Shown one piece after another: positions 52,901-64,000 of a stretch of DNA of 64,000 nucleotides (positions are counted from its first letter, which is position 1; every line of letters starts with the position of its first letter). Below the pieces are notes generated by a model. It was not told where the DNA came from. It searched no databases and saw only the letters and a program-made list of their open reading frames with translations. Origin of the DNA: Lytechinus pictus (Eukaryota); contig NC_087261.1 of assembly GCF_037042905.1 (NCBI RefSeq), forward strand, positions 13,640,001-13,704,000, given 5' to 3'. Made by a program: the position numbers and the translations under genes.

Positions 52901-55900
52901 ATCTAAATTCATCCATCTGTTGTTACTTTTCTTCGGGAATAGAATGGGAATCACTGATCTGGGAAATCTGGAGGACTGGAAAGCAATCTGATACGGGCGA
53001 GTAGCCCTAATCGTAGACCTACTTCTTGGTACATCCCATGTTACAGTCACAATTACACCAACTCCGAACCGGCGGTTAAAGGGGAAGTTCACCCTGAAGA
53101 AAAGTTTGATGTAAACATAGCAGAAATAATAATAGTAGTGGTGTAGGTTTGAGGAAAACCCATTAAAAATTAAGTAATTAATCGATAATCTTTGTGTCAC
53201 GTGACCCTTGAGTCGGTTTCGTTGGCTTGAACATCACGGTAGCATGATCGAGCAGGAATGACGAATTGCGTTTAAAATCCATATGTGAGACATCGTCATA
53301 CAAAGATTTCGTATTAAGAGGCCTAAAAGAAATGCATTTAGAAATACCTGGGGCAGTATTCTGAATAGTGTCTTTTTTCTCTCGATATTTAATCTTTTAT
53401 CAGAGATATAACAAACTTGATATTCTGGTTAATGGCCATTGTGTCATCAAAATTGTCACAAATTTTGTCTTTTCTCTGCAGCGCGCACAAAGAATACAAG
53501 ACAAAGATATGATAAAATTCATGATAGAGTCTAGCAGTCATATTTGTTTTTTGAATTACTTTAAAAACCATGATATTACTATACCATGTCAACTGATCAT
53601 CAAGCACACAATAATATCGTTTAGCTAGATTAGTTTGTTTCCACTTATCATCCATGACTATTAAACAAAATCATACCCCAAGACTTAATAGTTAGACTCT
53701 GAATACTAAACTCCTCTTTTTTCTATGTTTTTATTTTATTTTATTTTATTCTCCTCTAAAAATTCTTCTCAGCTTTTGTCTCTCTGTGTTATTATCTTTA
53801 GGCTTATGTTTAATGGTTTAATGTTTTGGTATTTTTTTTTTGGGGGGGGGGGGTGAGGTGGGAGTATCAGTTTATGATCTTGCATATCACCTAAATGCAA
53901 TCTAAAAGTAATTTGTGAATAAAGGTAGAAACCCTTAATAGGCACCGGGCCTTTTTTATCCCTCAACGTTTGAATATTTTTAACGTTACATCTTTTTAGA
54001 TTGCATTGTACAGCCCCCTTCTGGAGTTAAAGTATGTAAAATAAATATACACTGTTCACTCCAGAGGGAGCTATAGGCACTCTAAAATACGTAAATCCCA
54101 CTCCAAAACGACTGGTCCCTTGTCTCACTCTGAGAGGAGTGTCATTAGGGATGCAGGGCCCCGTCTTACAAAGAGTTACGATTGATCCAATCAATCGTAA
54201 CTATATGGAAATCCATCAGTGTCATACTTTTTTCTACAGGAAATTTGCAAAATGTCCTTTGTAAACAAAGGAGATCCCCCAAATTGTCAAGAAATCAATG
54301 ATTTTATGGATATACATTCATATCTAGAATTTTTTTTAACAAACATGCATTTTATATGTTGACTTTGCTGGCTTTTCACAGTTGCGATCGATCGGATCAA
54401 TCGCAACTCTTTGTTAGATTGGCCCCTGATTGTCTCTTGCATTTACACCATTAAGCGGTTTTCACGGTAATTTGATTATTCTTGGTCTTATATGATTCCG
54501 TTTGTGATGTTCCGGGGGGCCATTTCATAAAGCTGTTCGTAAGTTAAGAGCGACTTTAAGAACGACTGGTGAACCATTCTTACGCGCTAAACCATCGCCT
54601 ATTCAATATACCATTTACCACAAGAAAGGATCACCAGTCGTTCTTAAGGTCGCTCTTAACTTACGAACAGCTTTATGAAACACCCACCTGGTTCTAGTAA
54701 AGACCCACGATAACCTTTTATCTTCATTCTATTTTTCTTTAGAACCCGAACTTGTCACATAAAGTTAGAACAGCACAATCCTGGGCCAAACCTAGTGAGA
54801 AAGTATTGGAACAGTCTCTTGTCTTGGGTTCCAGGCGAAAGTCATCTGGTAAATATAAAACTATTTACAATGTAGATTCAAGCAGAGTTGGAATCACTGC
54901 AGTCAATACATGCTACTGGAAATTCTTTCATTGGATTGACTCAGAGCCAATCAGTCAGTGAAAACTATTTCGTGTCCCTTCAGATCGCAATGAATATCAA
55001 GTACTTTCATCATGAAATAATCTCCCTCCCCCCAAAAAAAATGCTTCTTTCGTCCTGGCTCGCTACGCTTGCTCATATACGATATCAATATTGAGTGTAT
55101 TTTAGAAAGGAAAGTAATCTAATAAACAATAGATCAAAATAGTACAGGCCTATATTGGTTTTACACTGGTTGATTAGATGTCAATAGATATGTATAACAT
55201 TATGTTCATGTTCATTGGATATAAGAAAAGTGCTCAATACTGAGATCGTGTGGAATAACGGACCATATAAGCTTCGCTACCCTCGGGTTTCACGCGTGGA
55301 TACGATCGCATCTATGCATGAAACCTCGTGTAGCAATAAGAAAGTTATAGCTGCTCTAAAATTGAGATCACTAATAGTATGTAGATTTCAAATTGGCAAC
55401 TAGGTAAGTAAATTATGACAAGGGGCAAGGACAACTTTCCCATAGGCCATGTACTTCATTATCAGAGATTTGTGGTTTTCTTTTAAGTACCCATTCCCCT
55501 GGGGCAGTAACCTAAATATAACCCAGGTAGTATATTGTTTCATGTCCTCATGAAAGAAAAATATAATTTGAAATAAAACTTTTGGGAAAAATGACATTTT
55601 AGCCAAAATATGTATTGGAGTACATGGAAGAGTAGTCCTTGCCTTACATCACTATGACATCCCATATGCGGCCAATTTGAAGTCTCCATGGGTATAGTGA
55701 TTACCAATATTTACAAATTTTAAAAATTCATAACTTTCTTGTTGTTTGTCCAATATTGTTCAAACTTTCACCTATCAACTTGTCTGATTTTTCTTTTTCT
55801 TATAAAAACAAGTTTTTATTTGGGTTGGATTCCCCTTTAATGCTGTGACCCGCCATCCCCAAACTAATAAGTCACTCGGATTGGTTTTCTGAAAATAGAA

Positions 55901-58900
55901 TCTATGATAACTTGTTCTTCAAAATGTAAAAAAATGGAAACAATCTTAATATCTAATAGAATCTTTCCTTTTCTTTTAGGGTACTGGGATGGATTTTTGA
56001 CAGGGTGGTGCTGGTTGAAAAGTAAAAAAAAAAAAAGTTTTCTCAACAAAATGTAGGTCAACTTTGGCTAAGAATAATTTGACAAGCAATCAAAAGATTG
56101 AAGTTGTAAAGTTTAATAATGTGTACAAAATTCTTTCACATCACTTTTTGGGACAACTTGGAAATGTTTGTAAGACTGCTCTCTAGTTAATCCAACTCCA
56201 AACCTTGTTTTCTCCTTATTTTGAGAAGCTTTAACTGCATGAATTTCCTCTACATAAAATCAAATACTTGAAGTGAGTTACTACTGTTTTTTTTTTCTCT
56301 CTCTCGCCAGCATGGCAAGGTGAGACTATGTGCGCCGCTTTTCCGATGGCGACGGCGACATCGTCAACATTAACCAAGGTTAACTTTTTGAAATGTCATC
56401 ATAAATTAGAAGTATATGATTTCTATTTCATGACACTAAGACATACGGGTAATCAATAATCACTGATAATGCTGCATGATATTCAGGTCATATGGGCAAA
56501 GTCAAAGGTCATTTAGGGTAAATAAACTTTGACCATGCATGCTGGGGGTAACCACATTGAAATACCAAGGTTAAATATTTTTAATGTCATAATCTTGCAA
56601 TTATAGGGATCCATTCCATGGAACTTTAACATAAGAGTAATCAGTTATCACTGATAGTCATGCATAAATTTCAGGTCATGTTATGAAGGTCAAAGTTCAT
56701 TTAGGGTCATTTGAATTTTGACCAGGTGTGGGGTATTTTTTTAAATGTCTTCATACGAAACGTGGACACAAAGGTGATACAGCAAAAAATAAGACATGTC
56801 GGCCCCGAATCCAACTATAAGGCGCCAAAATCGATCTTGATATTTTCTTTCATTTAGCTTTAAAACGCACATTCTAAGATCCAAAGTGATATATTACTTG
56901 TCAAAATGGATCAATAATAACCCACGCAAGTTTTGATGCAGAGAGAACTTCAAAGAAAAACGCGAAAACAGGGTTTGGAATTATGGATTTACTGAAGCAG
57001 GAGATATGCAAACTGTGGAATATGTGGAATGAAAGTTCCAAGCAATCCGGAAAAATGGTATCAACAAAGATCCTGCCCTGGAAATCCCGTATCTCGTTTT
57101 TCATTTCATTTTACAACTTCAAATTTTGTCAGTATGAAGAAGAAGATCCTTGAAATCGACTAAATCTTGTGGCCATGATGGTATCAGTGTATATTTACTA
57201 AAACAAATTATTAATTTTGTGGCTTCTCCCCTTGTACATATTTTCAATTTATCTCTCTTAAAGGGAATTTTCCCGGATCAACTCAAACTTGCAAAAATAG
57301 AAGACCCTTGCCAAATTGCTAACTACCGCCCTATTTCATTACTACCAAGCATATCCAAAATACTTGAAAAAATTGTTTATAAACGACTATATTCTTTTCT
57401 GGACACAAATCAATTATTAATTCCCAACCAATACGGCTTTAGGAAAAATCACTCAACTGACTATGCAATCTTACAATTATATGATAAAATAACAGATTCA
57501 CTTTCCAAAAAAGAGCACACCGTAGGGGTTTTCATGGATCTATCGAAGGCATTCGATACCATTAATCATCATATATTGTTGTGTAAATTAAAGACATATG
57601 GAATTAGAGGAATCGTACTTTCTTGGTTTAAAGACTATTTAAATAATAGACGTCAATTTGTTAATTTTAAATCCAAATCATCTAATACATGTCCCGTTAA
57701 ATGTGGAGTACCTCAGGGTTCAATCCTAGGCCCCTTATTATTTTTAATCAAATAAACTCTCCCTTAACATAAATAAAACAAACTTCATGTACTTTTAATA
57801 AGCATATTAATTCTAAACACGTGTTTCGCGATATCATTTATATCAATGATATGCCCATTAACGAAAAACAGGAAACAAAATTTTTAGGTGTATCGATCGA
57901 TTCTATTGTAACATGAAGTAGTTACATTCGTAATATTAGCATGATGATTGCAAGGGCCATGGGCATTTTGTACAAATTGAAATATTATTTATCTCAAGAT
58001 CATTACTAATGCTTTATAACTCCTTTATTCTGTCACACATTTCTTACTGTAACATAGCATGGGGAAATAGTAACAAAATAAAAATAGACTCGATATTACG
58101 CCTTCAAAAGAAAGCTCTTGGTATTTGAAGCGCCGGAAGCGCCGTGGTGTAGCGTTTCTGACTCTCGTCTTGTAATCAGAGGGTCGTGTGTTCAACTCCC
58201 ACCATGGTCTAGCGCCCTTTGGCAAGGCGTCAATCCACAATTTGCCACTCTCCACCCACGTGTTAAATGGGTACCCGGTAGGATGCGAAAGCCTATGTAG
58301 TATGCCTAGCAATTGAGTCTTGGAACTCTTGTTGGAATGCTCCCCAGGGAGTGGAGAAGGTGCATACATTGTATGCGGGCATGCAAGGATCCGATGACCG
58401 GGGTAATAATATATCTGTAAAGCGCTTAGGGACGTCGTCCCAATGTGTTAAGCGCTATATAAATGCGGATTATTATTTTTATTATTATTTGTTATCACTC
58501 TCATTATCTTGCCCATACTGATCCAATATTTCATTATTTTAAGACATTGAAAATTTACGATATTCACACTTATCAAACTGCCATTTTCATGTATAAATTT
58601 TCCAACAGCTCTATTCCAGCATCCTTCCGTAATATTTTTGTTTACAACAGAGACATTCATTCATACCCTACACGACAATCATCTGACTTTCACCTAACAA
58701 ATCCAAAAATAATAATTGCTCACAAAACAATACGTCATCACGGTCCTGAAGTTTGGAACACTTTACCTAATAACATCAAACAAGCTACATCTCTTTTTTT
58801 CCTTTAAAGCTTTGTTAAAGAGGTTTCTTGTATCAAAGTATTTGTAAAAATCTCACCTGCACGTGCACCCACATCTGCACCCACTTCACCTGACCCCTAT

Positions 58901-61137
58901 ACCCTCTACCCCTTTTTTTTCTTAACATTTCAAATAATTATGTGACTTCATTATTATAGACCCGTGAATTTTTCTCTACAATGGTTTTCATGTAGCTCCC
59001 TTCCTCTGGCTGCTATTCTCTCAAGCATTTTGCTTACGATAGTTGGCCACTGCATTTTATTTTATATATTATTGCTTACATGTATATTTATGTAAATTAA
59101 TCTTCTATTATGTAATCGTCACAATTTGTCATTCTTTCATTTATTTTTGTATTTCTTTATATTTATTATGATTATTGTGTTTCATATATTTTCAATAAAT
59201 GCAGAAACACCTGCAAAAAAAAGAAGGATTACTCTTTCAGAAGAGTATGAACATAGCATTATCTCTATCGTTTTTCTTTTGATATACAAACATTTGATCT
59301 ATTTTTAATGAATTATTTTGATCAATAAAGTCATGTGATCTTTACTTACGCCTGTCCGACATGCTTTGCGCGCAGATTAATTACTCTCGTGTGCCCTATA
59401 CTGAGGGTCAAATGACAAAAAGTAAAAAATTTTGGTCTCAAAGGAAAGAGTGGGTTCTCCTGAAGAGATTGATACCTTGCATTCAATACCTAATCTGAAT
59501 AAACGTGTTAAAAGAAAAGAAAACGTCTCATTAGACACCTCTCATTTTAATGAAAAAATGCAGTGTTCCATTCATATATTTTGTGCGCTTTCTATGGTAT
59601 TGCAACTACAAATTCTACTTGCTTGATGTCAATCAATGAGCTAAATATGAATTGTGTGGATTTAAAACTTCTTGTTTACATGTTTAATTTTGTTCGAGGT
59701 GATTTGTTACCTTTGTATTCGCATAAAAAATAAACAAAGTAAATAACAGAAAATTAATAACAAACAAAGAGTGAAAGCATTTCTTTTGCTCATTTCGCCT
59801 CTCTTCCTCATTATAACCGTTAATTTGGAGGAAGAAGGGGGGGGCAGGGTGCTATAGGCATCAACCCCGCCCTGCTTACAAGCCAGGAGGATGAGGTGTG
59901 TACCCCGACTCAGCTCCACCCCCCCTTCCTCCCGTAGCTTTCAACGAATTGAATAGTATTCAAGTGCACAGTCGATGATGTATAACATCTGACCGAGACA
60001 AGTTTATGTATTTTAATGTTTTGTTCATCTTTCTTTCTCTGCGTGCTCTAAATATTGAAAATAGGAATCCTGATGATAATTAGAAGTTATTTATCATTTT
60101 TAAATCCCTACTTATTTCATTTCACACTCTCAAACCAACCAGATCTGATCTCCTATTAGCAGTAGAGAAACTCGCATTTCTGCATCATAAATGATAACAA
60201 GCATTGAATATACATTTGAAAGCGTCATTTCAGCATTGTAAGCGATAAATGCACTAAATGCCGAGTTACATACTAATCAACTGTTGTCAAACATAACCTA
60301 TCACTTTGCATAAAACTGTTTGAGGCATTCTCACCACCGATTTCTAGCAGACGACGCCCAGCCATAGCAACGACAGTGTAGAAGTGTAGTTGCGCTATAG
60401 GCCAGGGCACACATGAGTATTACAGACCCCCATTCACTCACGTGTTATATCATAGCTCATCAAAAAATCATTAAAAGTCAATCCCTCGTTAGATTTTGCC
60501 TTAATTCACTGACATTAGTCACAATTAACAGTACATTAAGACTTGATATGTTAATCAGGTACTTGCCCAGCTCAATCAAAAGTTAAATGGCCTGAAATAA
60601 GACTAACCATAATTTCGGCCAGTTCATTGCCAGAAAAACCAGAACTGCATTGTGGGTAATAATAATTAAAATGAAATACAAAAATGCAGTCGAGCCTCCC
60701 CAAACGCCTTAATTATGAAAGAGTATGAACATAACATTATCTCTATCGTTTTTCTTTTGATATACAAACATTTGATCTATTTTTAATGAATTATTTTAAT
60801 CAATAAAGTCATGGGATCTTTACTTACGCCTGTCCGACATGCTTTGCGCGCAGATGAATTACTCTCGTGTGCCCAAAACGGACCACTCCCATGAAGGTAG
60901 TATATTATCAGACTATCTCAACAATTTATAGGAAAACCTCTTACTATAGGTTCCGAAGAAAGAAATATCTGGGAATTTCAGTTACCTTGCTGGACCAAAT
61001 TTGACCAATAATAGTCGATGTCATCTCAGAGGAATTTTTTAAGTACTTCATCAAGAAGTTGCCCTTAGCAGTTCCAAAACCAGCTAATAAACATTAATAT
61101 TCTTACTAAATTCTATATATCAGATACTTATGATGAA

Positions 61138-61169
<32 letters not shown>

Positions 61170-62371
61170 GTTATATTTTTGTTTTATGTTTGTTTTTGTT
61201 TTGTATAGGTTTCCTGACCATTGGCATTCCTACAGTCCAAAGAGAAACGGAACACTATCTCTCTCAGACACTTGATTCACTGATCAGCAAATCATCTCCA
61301 AAGGAACGATCTGATGTCGTCATTGTCATCCTCCTAGCCGACTTTGAGGAAAAGAAACGATCTAACTTGAAGAAAATGATACAAGAAAAATACTCGTCAT
61401 ATTTAGAAAATGGATTCATCCAAGTTATCCAGGTCCCGTTGTCATTCTACCCTCCCTTGGAGAATTTAAAGTCAAACTACAAAGATTCCAAGACAAGAGT
61501 TTACTGGAGATCTAAACAGTGTGTTGATTTTGCTTTCATGTTCTTTTATGGCAGTAGTCTTTCAGAATACTACCTCCAAATAGAAGACGACGTGTATACG
61601 GTCAATGGATATCTTGCAGCTATTCGTGCTTTTATTAAAGAGAAAAGCAATATCCAATGGGCCTCTCTGGAATTCTCTGCCATAGGATTTATTGGAAAGC
61701 TCTTCCACGCTTATGACTTGGATAAGCTTGCCACACTTGCAATGATATTCTACGAGGATCAACCTGTTGATTGGATCTTCAGATACTTCAAGGATTTAAA
61801 CGCTCAACACAAGAACCTCGTGAGGAATCCTTCAATATTTCAGCACAAAGGTTTTCAGTCGAGCCTAAAAGAGAAGGACTCTAAGAAGCTGGTTGATAAA
61901 TCCTTTGTTGACGATGACCAGGTCGAATTCGTAAGTGCGGACAATCCTTCAGGAACTGTGTACAGCAATATAGAAGCATTCGAGAAGTACCTTCCGCAAC
62001 TGAGCTACAAGAATACAACTGAGTTCTTCTGGGGGAAGAAACCCCAAAAAGACGATGATGTTGTTCTTGTATTTGATAAGCCAACCCAAATAACTCGCCT
62101 GGTCATAGCAACTGGATCCAGTCAGCACCCGGCTGATATACTACAGGATGCTGCTGTTGAAGTAAGTCCAGAACTCATCCATAGTGGCAACGCAGCTGTA
62201 CTTCCTAAATGCAGTACCTTTGTAGAAGTTGGTCAATTCTCCCACGGTCGTGTTGAGTTAGAGATGGAAAAAATCTTCACACCTCGGGTGGCGTGTCTCC
62301 GAATCCATGTTAAAGATTCTCAGAAACAGTGGGCAATCATTCGACAAATTGCTATATGGGTACCTCACTAG
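43925..62371 (+). CDS. MGAT4C: MGAT4C-like (GT54 family) alpha-mannoside beta-1,4-N-acetylglucosaminyltransferase, about 526 aa; exons 43925-44021, 51701-51915, 54743-54848, 61209-62371
   Basis: Last exon encodes FLTIGIPTVQR, WRSKQCVDFAF, YYLQIEDDV, LEFSAIGFIGKLF, PVDW, PSIFQHKG and a C-terminal lectin-like region (DNP...FWG...HPADIL). Exon 1 (caacATG) gives a type II membrane anchor MRRNRLFCGTSILVIGVIAVNLLFVLQLF. Exon sum 1581 nt = 527 codons. Confidence 0.88.
44903..45456. repeat. Long imperfect palindrome (old MITE-like hairpin)
   Basis: gcaccatgctacgccccgcctc / gaggcggggcttagcatggtgc and tgtgatgtcacattgg / ccaatgtgacatcaca arms. Confidence 0.75.
45643..45882. mobile_element. hAT-like MITE
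   Basis: TIR CATAGGCGGCGGAAGC / GCTTCCGCCGCCAATG; perfect 8-bp TSD AGATTCAG (45635-45642, 45883-45890). Confidence 0.88.
46052..47572. mobile_element. Foldback/MULE-like non-autonomous element with long modular TIRs
   Basis: GGATGTCTACAAAACGAAG / CTTCGTTTTGTAGACACCC; 350-400 bp arms built of tacaaaactaagac subrepeats; 9-bp TSD CAAATTCTA. Confidence 0.85.
47655..50073. mobile_element. Non-autonomous element with gctcgcgcttcgcgctcgc subrepeats and G/C-run hairpins, hosting the L2 LINE
   Basis: Repeated aaaattttcagctcgcgct unit on both sides of the LINE; right end gatcgacgcccctg. Left boundary approximate. Confidence 0.55.
48206..49801 (+). mobile_element. 5'-truncated L2-clade LINE; RT pseudogene
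   Basis: YRPVSN, QSAYR, LDLSSAFDTVDH, GIPQGSIIGP, HVYADD, LHWLPV; in-frame stop at 48811 plus frameshifts; (ATT)n tail; ATTATCT repeated at both ends. Confidence 0.92.
50683..51229 (-). mobile_element. Second copy of the same HINE-like family, with fewer internal units and a short microsatellite
   Basis: Reverse complement of both termini of 831-1830. Confidence 0.8.
51952..52203. mobile_element. MITE family A
   Basis: Both TIRs present. Confidence 0.8.
54157..54425. mobile_element. MITE family A
   Basis: Both TIRs present. Confidence 0.8.
54515..54687. mobile_element. MITE family B
   Basis: Same TIRs. Confidence 0.85.
55330..55836. mobile_element. Kolobok-like element remnant (related to 34649-34896)
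   Basis: aataagaaagttat...ttgagatcactaat shared with about 34740-34790; ends ggattcccct|TTAA. Confidence 0.5.
56301..56770 (+). mobile_element. Degenerate 3'-truncated HINE-like copy
   Basis: gtgagactatgtgcgccgcttttccgatggcgacggc followed by diverged internal units (caaaggtcatttaggg). Confidence 0.65.
57135..59200 (+). mobile_element. Degenerate CR1/L2-group (Crack/Daphne-like) LINE interrupted by a SINE
   Basis: NYRPISLLPSISKILEK, QYGFR, DLSKAFDTINH, CGVPQGSILGPLLF; YADD region absent; C-terminal part resumes at 58490 (HTDPIF...YPTRQ...WNTLP). Confidence 0.88.
58127..58490 (+). mobile_element. tRNA-derived SINE, family 1
   Basis: A box TGGTGTAGCG, B box GTTCAACTCC, core ccctttggcaaggc...gccactctccaccc...aatgggtacc, tail aagcgctatataaatg(ATT)n. 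Confidence 0.85.
59240..60874. repeat. About 155-bp direct repeat pair (59240-59396 and 60719-60874)
   Basis: aagagtatgaacata...ctcgtgtgccc present twice with only a few differences. Confidence 0.9.
61209..62371 (+). CDS. MGAT4C: MGAT4C-like catalytic plus lectin-domain exon
   Basis: Uninterrupted ORF with GT54 motifs; ttttgtatag acceptor at 61208. Confidence 0.95.
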
Positions 62372-62941
62372 TTCATTTGATAAAAGACTTTTGTGCAGTA
62401 TATAACAATTTTCCCTAAATACCTCTGTCACGGAAAAACAAAAGAGGACATACAGTGACGTCGACTTCCAATGAAGCATTTGTGTGCAATACATGCAACA
62501 GAAACTGTCGATGGATGGAATTTTCCCACCTCCACGCAGAACCAAGTCAAGAACTCAGTAAATGTATTGAAAGTGTCTGTCAAAAGAAAATGGACAGCTA
62601 GGAGGTCTTTGTGAAATATTCGTCCAAAGTTTCGAAACTGATGAAAAATTTAAAATGCATGTCTGTTCAGGGTCTGAGGACGGAACTGCTGTTTTTATTC
62701 ACTAATATTCAACTAAGATTTTTTTTGTGGCTGTCCATTGTCATGTAGGGTATTTGACACTACATTTTTTCTTTCCTTGAATCCGTCGTTCGTCATGGAG
62801 CAAAAACTCTTTACGAGGGAGATTTTGCAACCGTTACGCAGACGCTTTCTAGAACGAAGGACATGCATAATTGTCAAAAGCCCTTTATGACAAAGCAGTC
62901 TTTGTCGAAATTCCGTGAATCAAAACAGCAGAGTTGTCCAG

Positions 62942-63187
62942 GGGCCCGTCTTACAAAGACTTCCGATTGATCCGATTAATCGCATATGAAATGCATGTTT
63001 GCTCAATTTTTTTTCTAGATATGATTGTATATCCATAAGTTCATTGATTTTTTGACAATTTGGTGCGTTCTTTTTTGTTTACAAAGGACATTTTGCAAAT
63101 TTCCTGTAGAAAAAAATCATGACACTGATGGATTTCCATAGAATTACGATTGATTGGATCAATCGTAACTCTTTGTAAGACGGAGCC
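62942..63187. mobile_element. MITE family A
   Basis: Both TIRs; CAG direct repeat at both flanks. Confidence 0.8.
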
Positions 63188-63269
63188 CAGGACTCTGGAC
63201 AAACGACATGCCTTCGTTTTTCGTCAGCTCTGAATCTTAGGACGATCTGCTCTCCCGGTCCGCCAATTT

Positions 63270-63788
63270 TCGACAAATGGTAAAACGGTCTATCTCGAAA
63301 ATCGCTGTTCTGAGATAAATGACTTTAAATTTTAGAGGTTCAAGCTTTTTTATGAGACGGAAATAATGTATTTTTAGCAATGGGAAAAGAAGAAGCACAA
63401 TAAAGACTAATAACTTAAGAATTTCTAGCTATTTGGGGTTTTAATTATGAAATAAATGAGATTTTTGTGTAGATAAACTGTTTAACCACAGCACATGTAT
63501 ACACTCATACTACACATCATAAGATGGTAAAATGGTTTATCTTCTAGATGGACCATTTTACCATCTTACCCCAATGCACAACATACTCAAAGATAGACCA
63601 TTTTAGCATAAAATCTAAAGGAAAAATATGAAAAAGTACCAAGATAGCGGAAATTGTCTCTTAATTAAGACATGATGGGATTTTCTCGATAGCACCATTG
63701 GAAAGAGCGCCCTCACATTACAAGGAGAGTGAATTTACCTCAATAAGTCAAATTTTCGAGTTGGACCGTTTTACCATCTGACGGACGG
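63270..63788. mobile_element. TIR element with internal palindrome
   Basis: atggtaaaacggtctatctcgaaaat / attttcgagttggaccgttttaccat; central aagatggtaaaatggt...accattttaccatctt. Confidence 0.65.
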
Positions 63789-64000
63789 TTGTGATCTGAT
63801 GGGCATTTTCTACTGTGTTGTAGAATCTGTTCCCGTTCGTTGCAATAGCGAAAAGTTGGTAATGTCTCTCGAGACAGTGAACCAGCAAATTACATAATTT
63901 ATAGAAAAACACATTCAAAGCTGAGGAAAGTAAATTGATTATAAAAGGAATACATAATGACTGCAGAGTAAACTTGGTGTAGGTTGTCTGATGGGATAAT

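Noticed and set aside
61130-61208. ORF-track N-terminus MMKIIIII... as the MGAT4C membrane anchor
   Set aside because: Derived from an (ATA/ATG)n repeat and the polypyrimidine tract; upstream exons provide a proper anchor in phase.

Overview
AT-rich, intron-rich animal genomic DNA. The repeat landscape suggests a marine invertebrate deuterostome such as a sea urchin (inference). Two + strand protein-coding genes were reconstructed by hand from splice sites. (1) The 3' part of a CSPP1 (centrosome and spindle pole associated protein 1) orthologue: 26 exons from 2051 to the stop at 37393, frame-consistent throughout, 5' end outside the window. Between two conserved CSPP1 blocks lies an array of ten frame-neutral (phase 0-0) exons totalling 502 codons. 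The array includes a 245-codon charged repeat exon and an exon encoding a sterile-alpha-motif (SAM)-like domain, which I do not recall in vertebrate CSPP1. A 12-nt candidate microexon lies further downstream. (2) A complete 4-exon MGAT4C-like GT54 N-acetylglucosaminyltransferase (43925-62371, about 526 aa), probably with a GC-AG first intron. Introns and intergenic DNA contain Helentron/HINE-like elements, L2/CR1-group LINE relics, tRNA-derived SINEs sharing a 3' tail with one LINE, several MITE families (Harbinger-like, hAT-like, Kolobok-like), a foldback/MULE-like element with a 9-bp TSD, simple repeats and two assembly gaps. All homology calls are from memory of the families; no searches were run.
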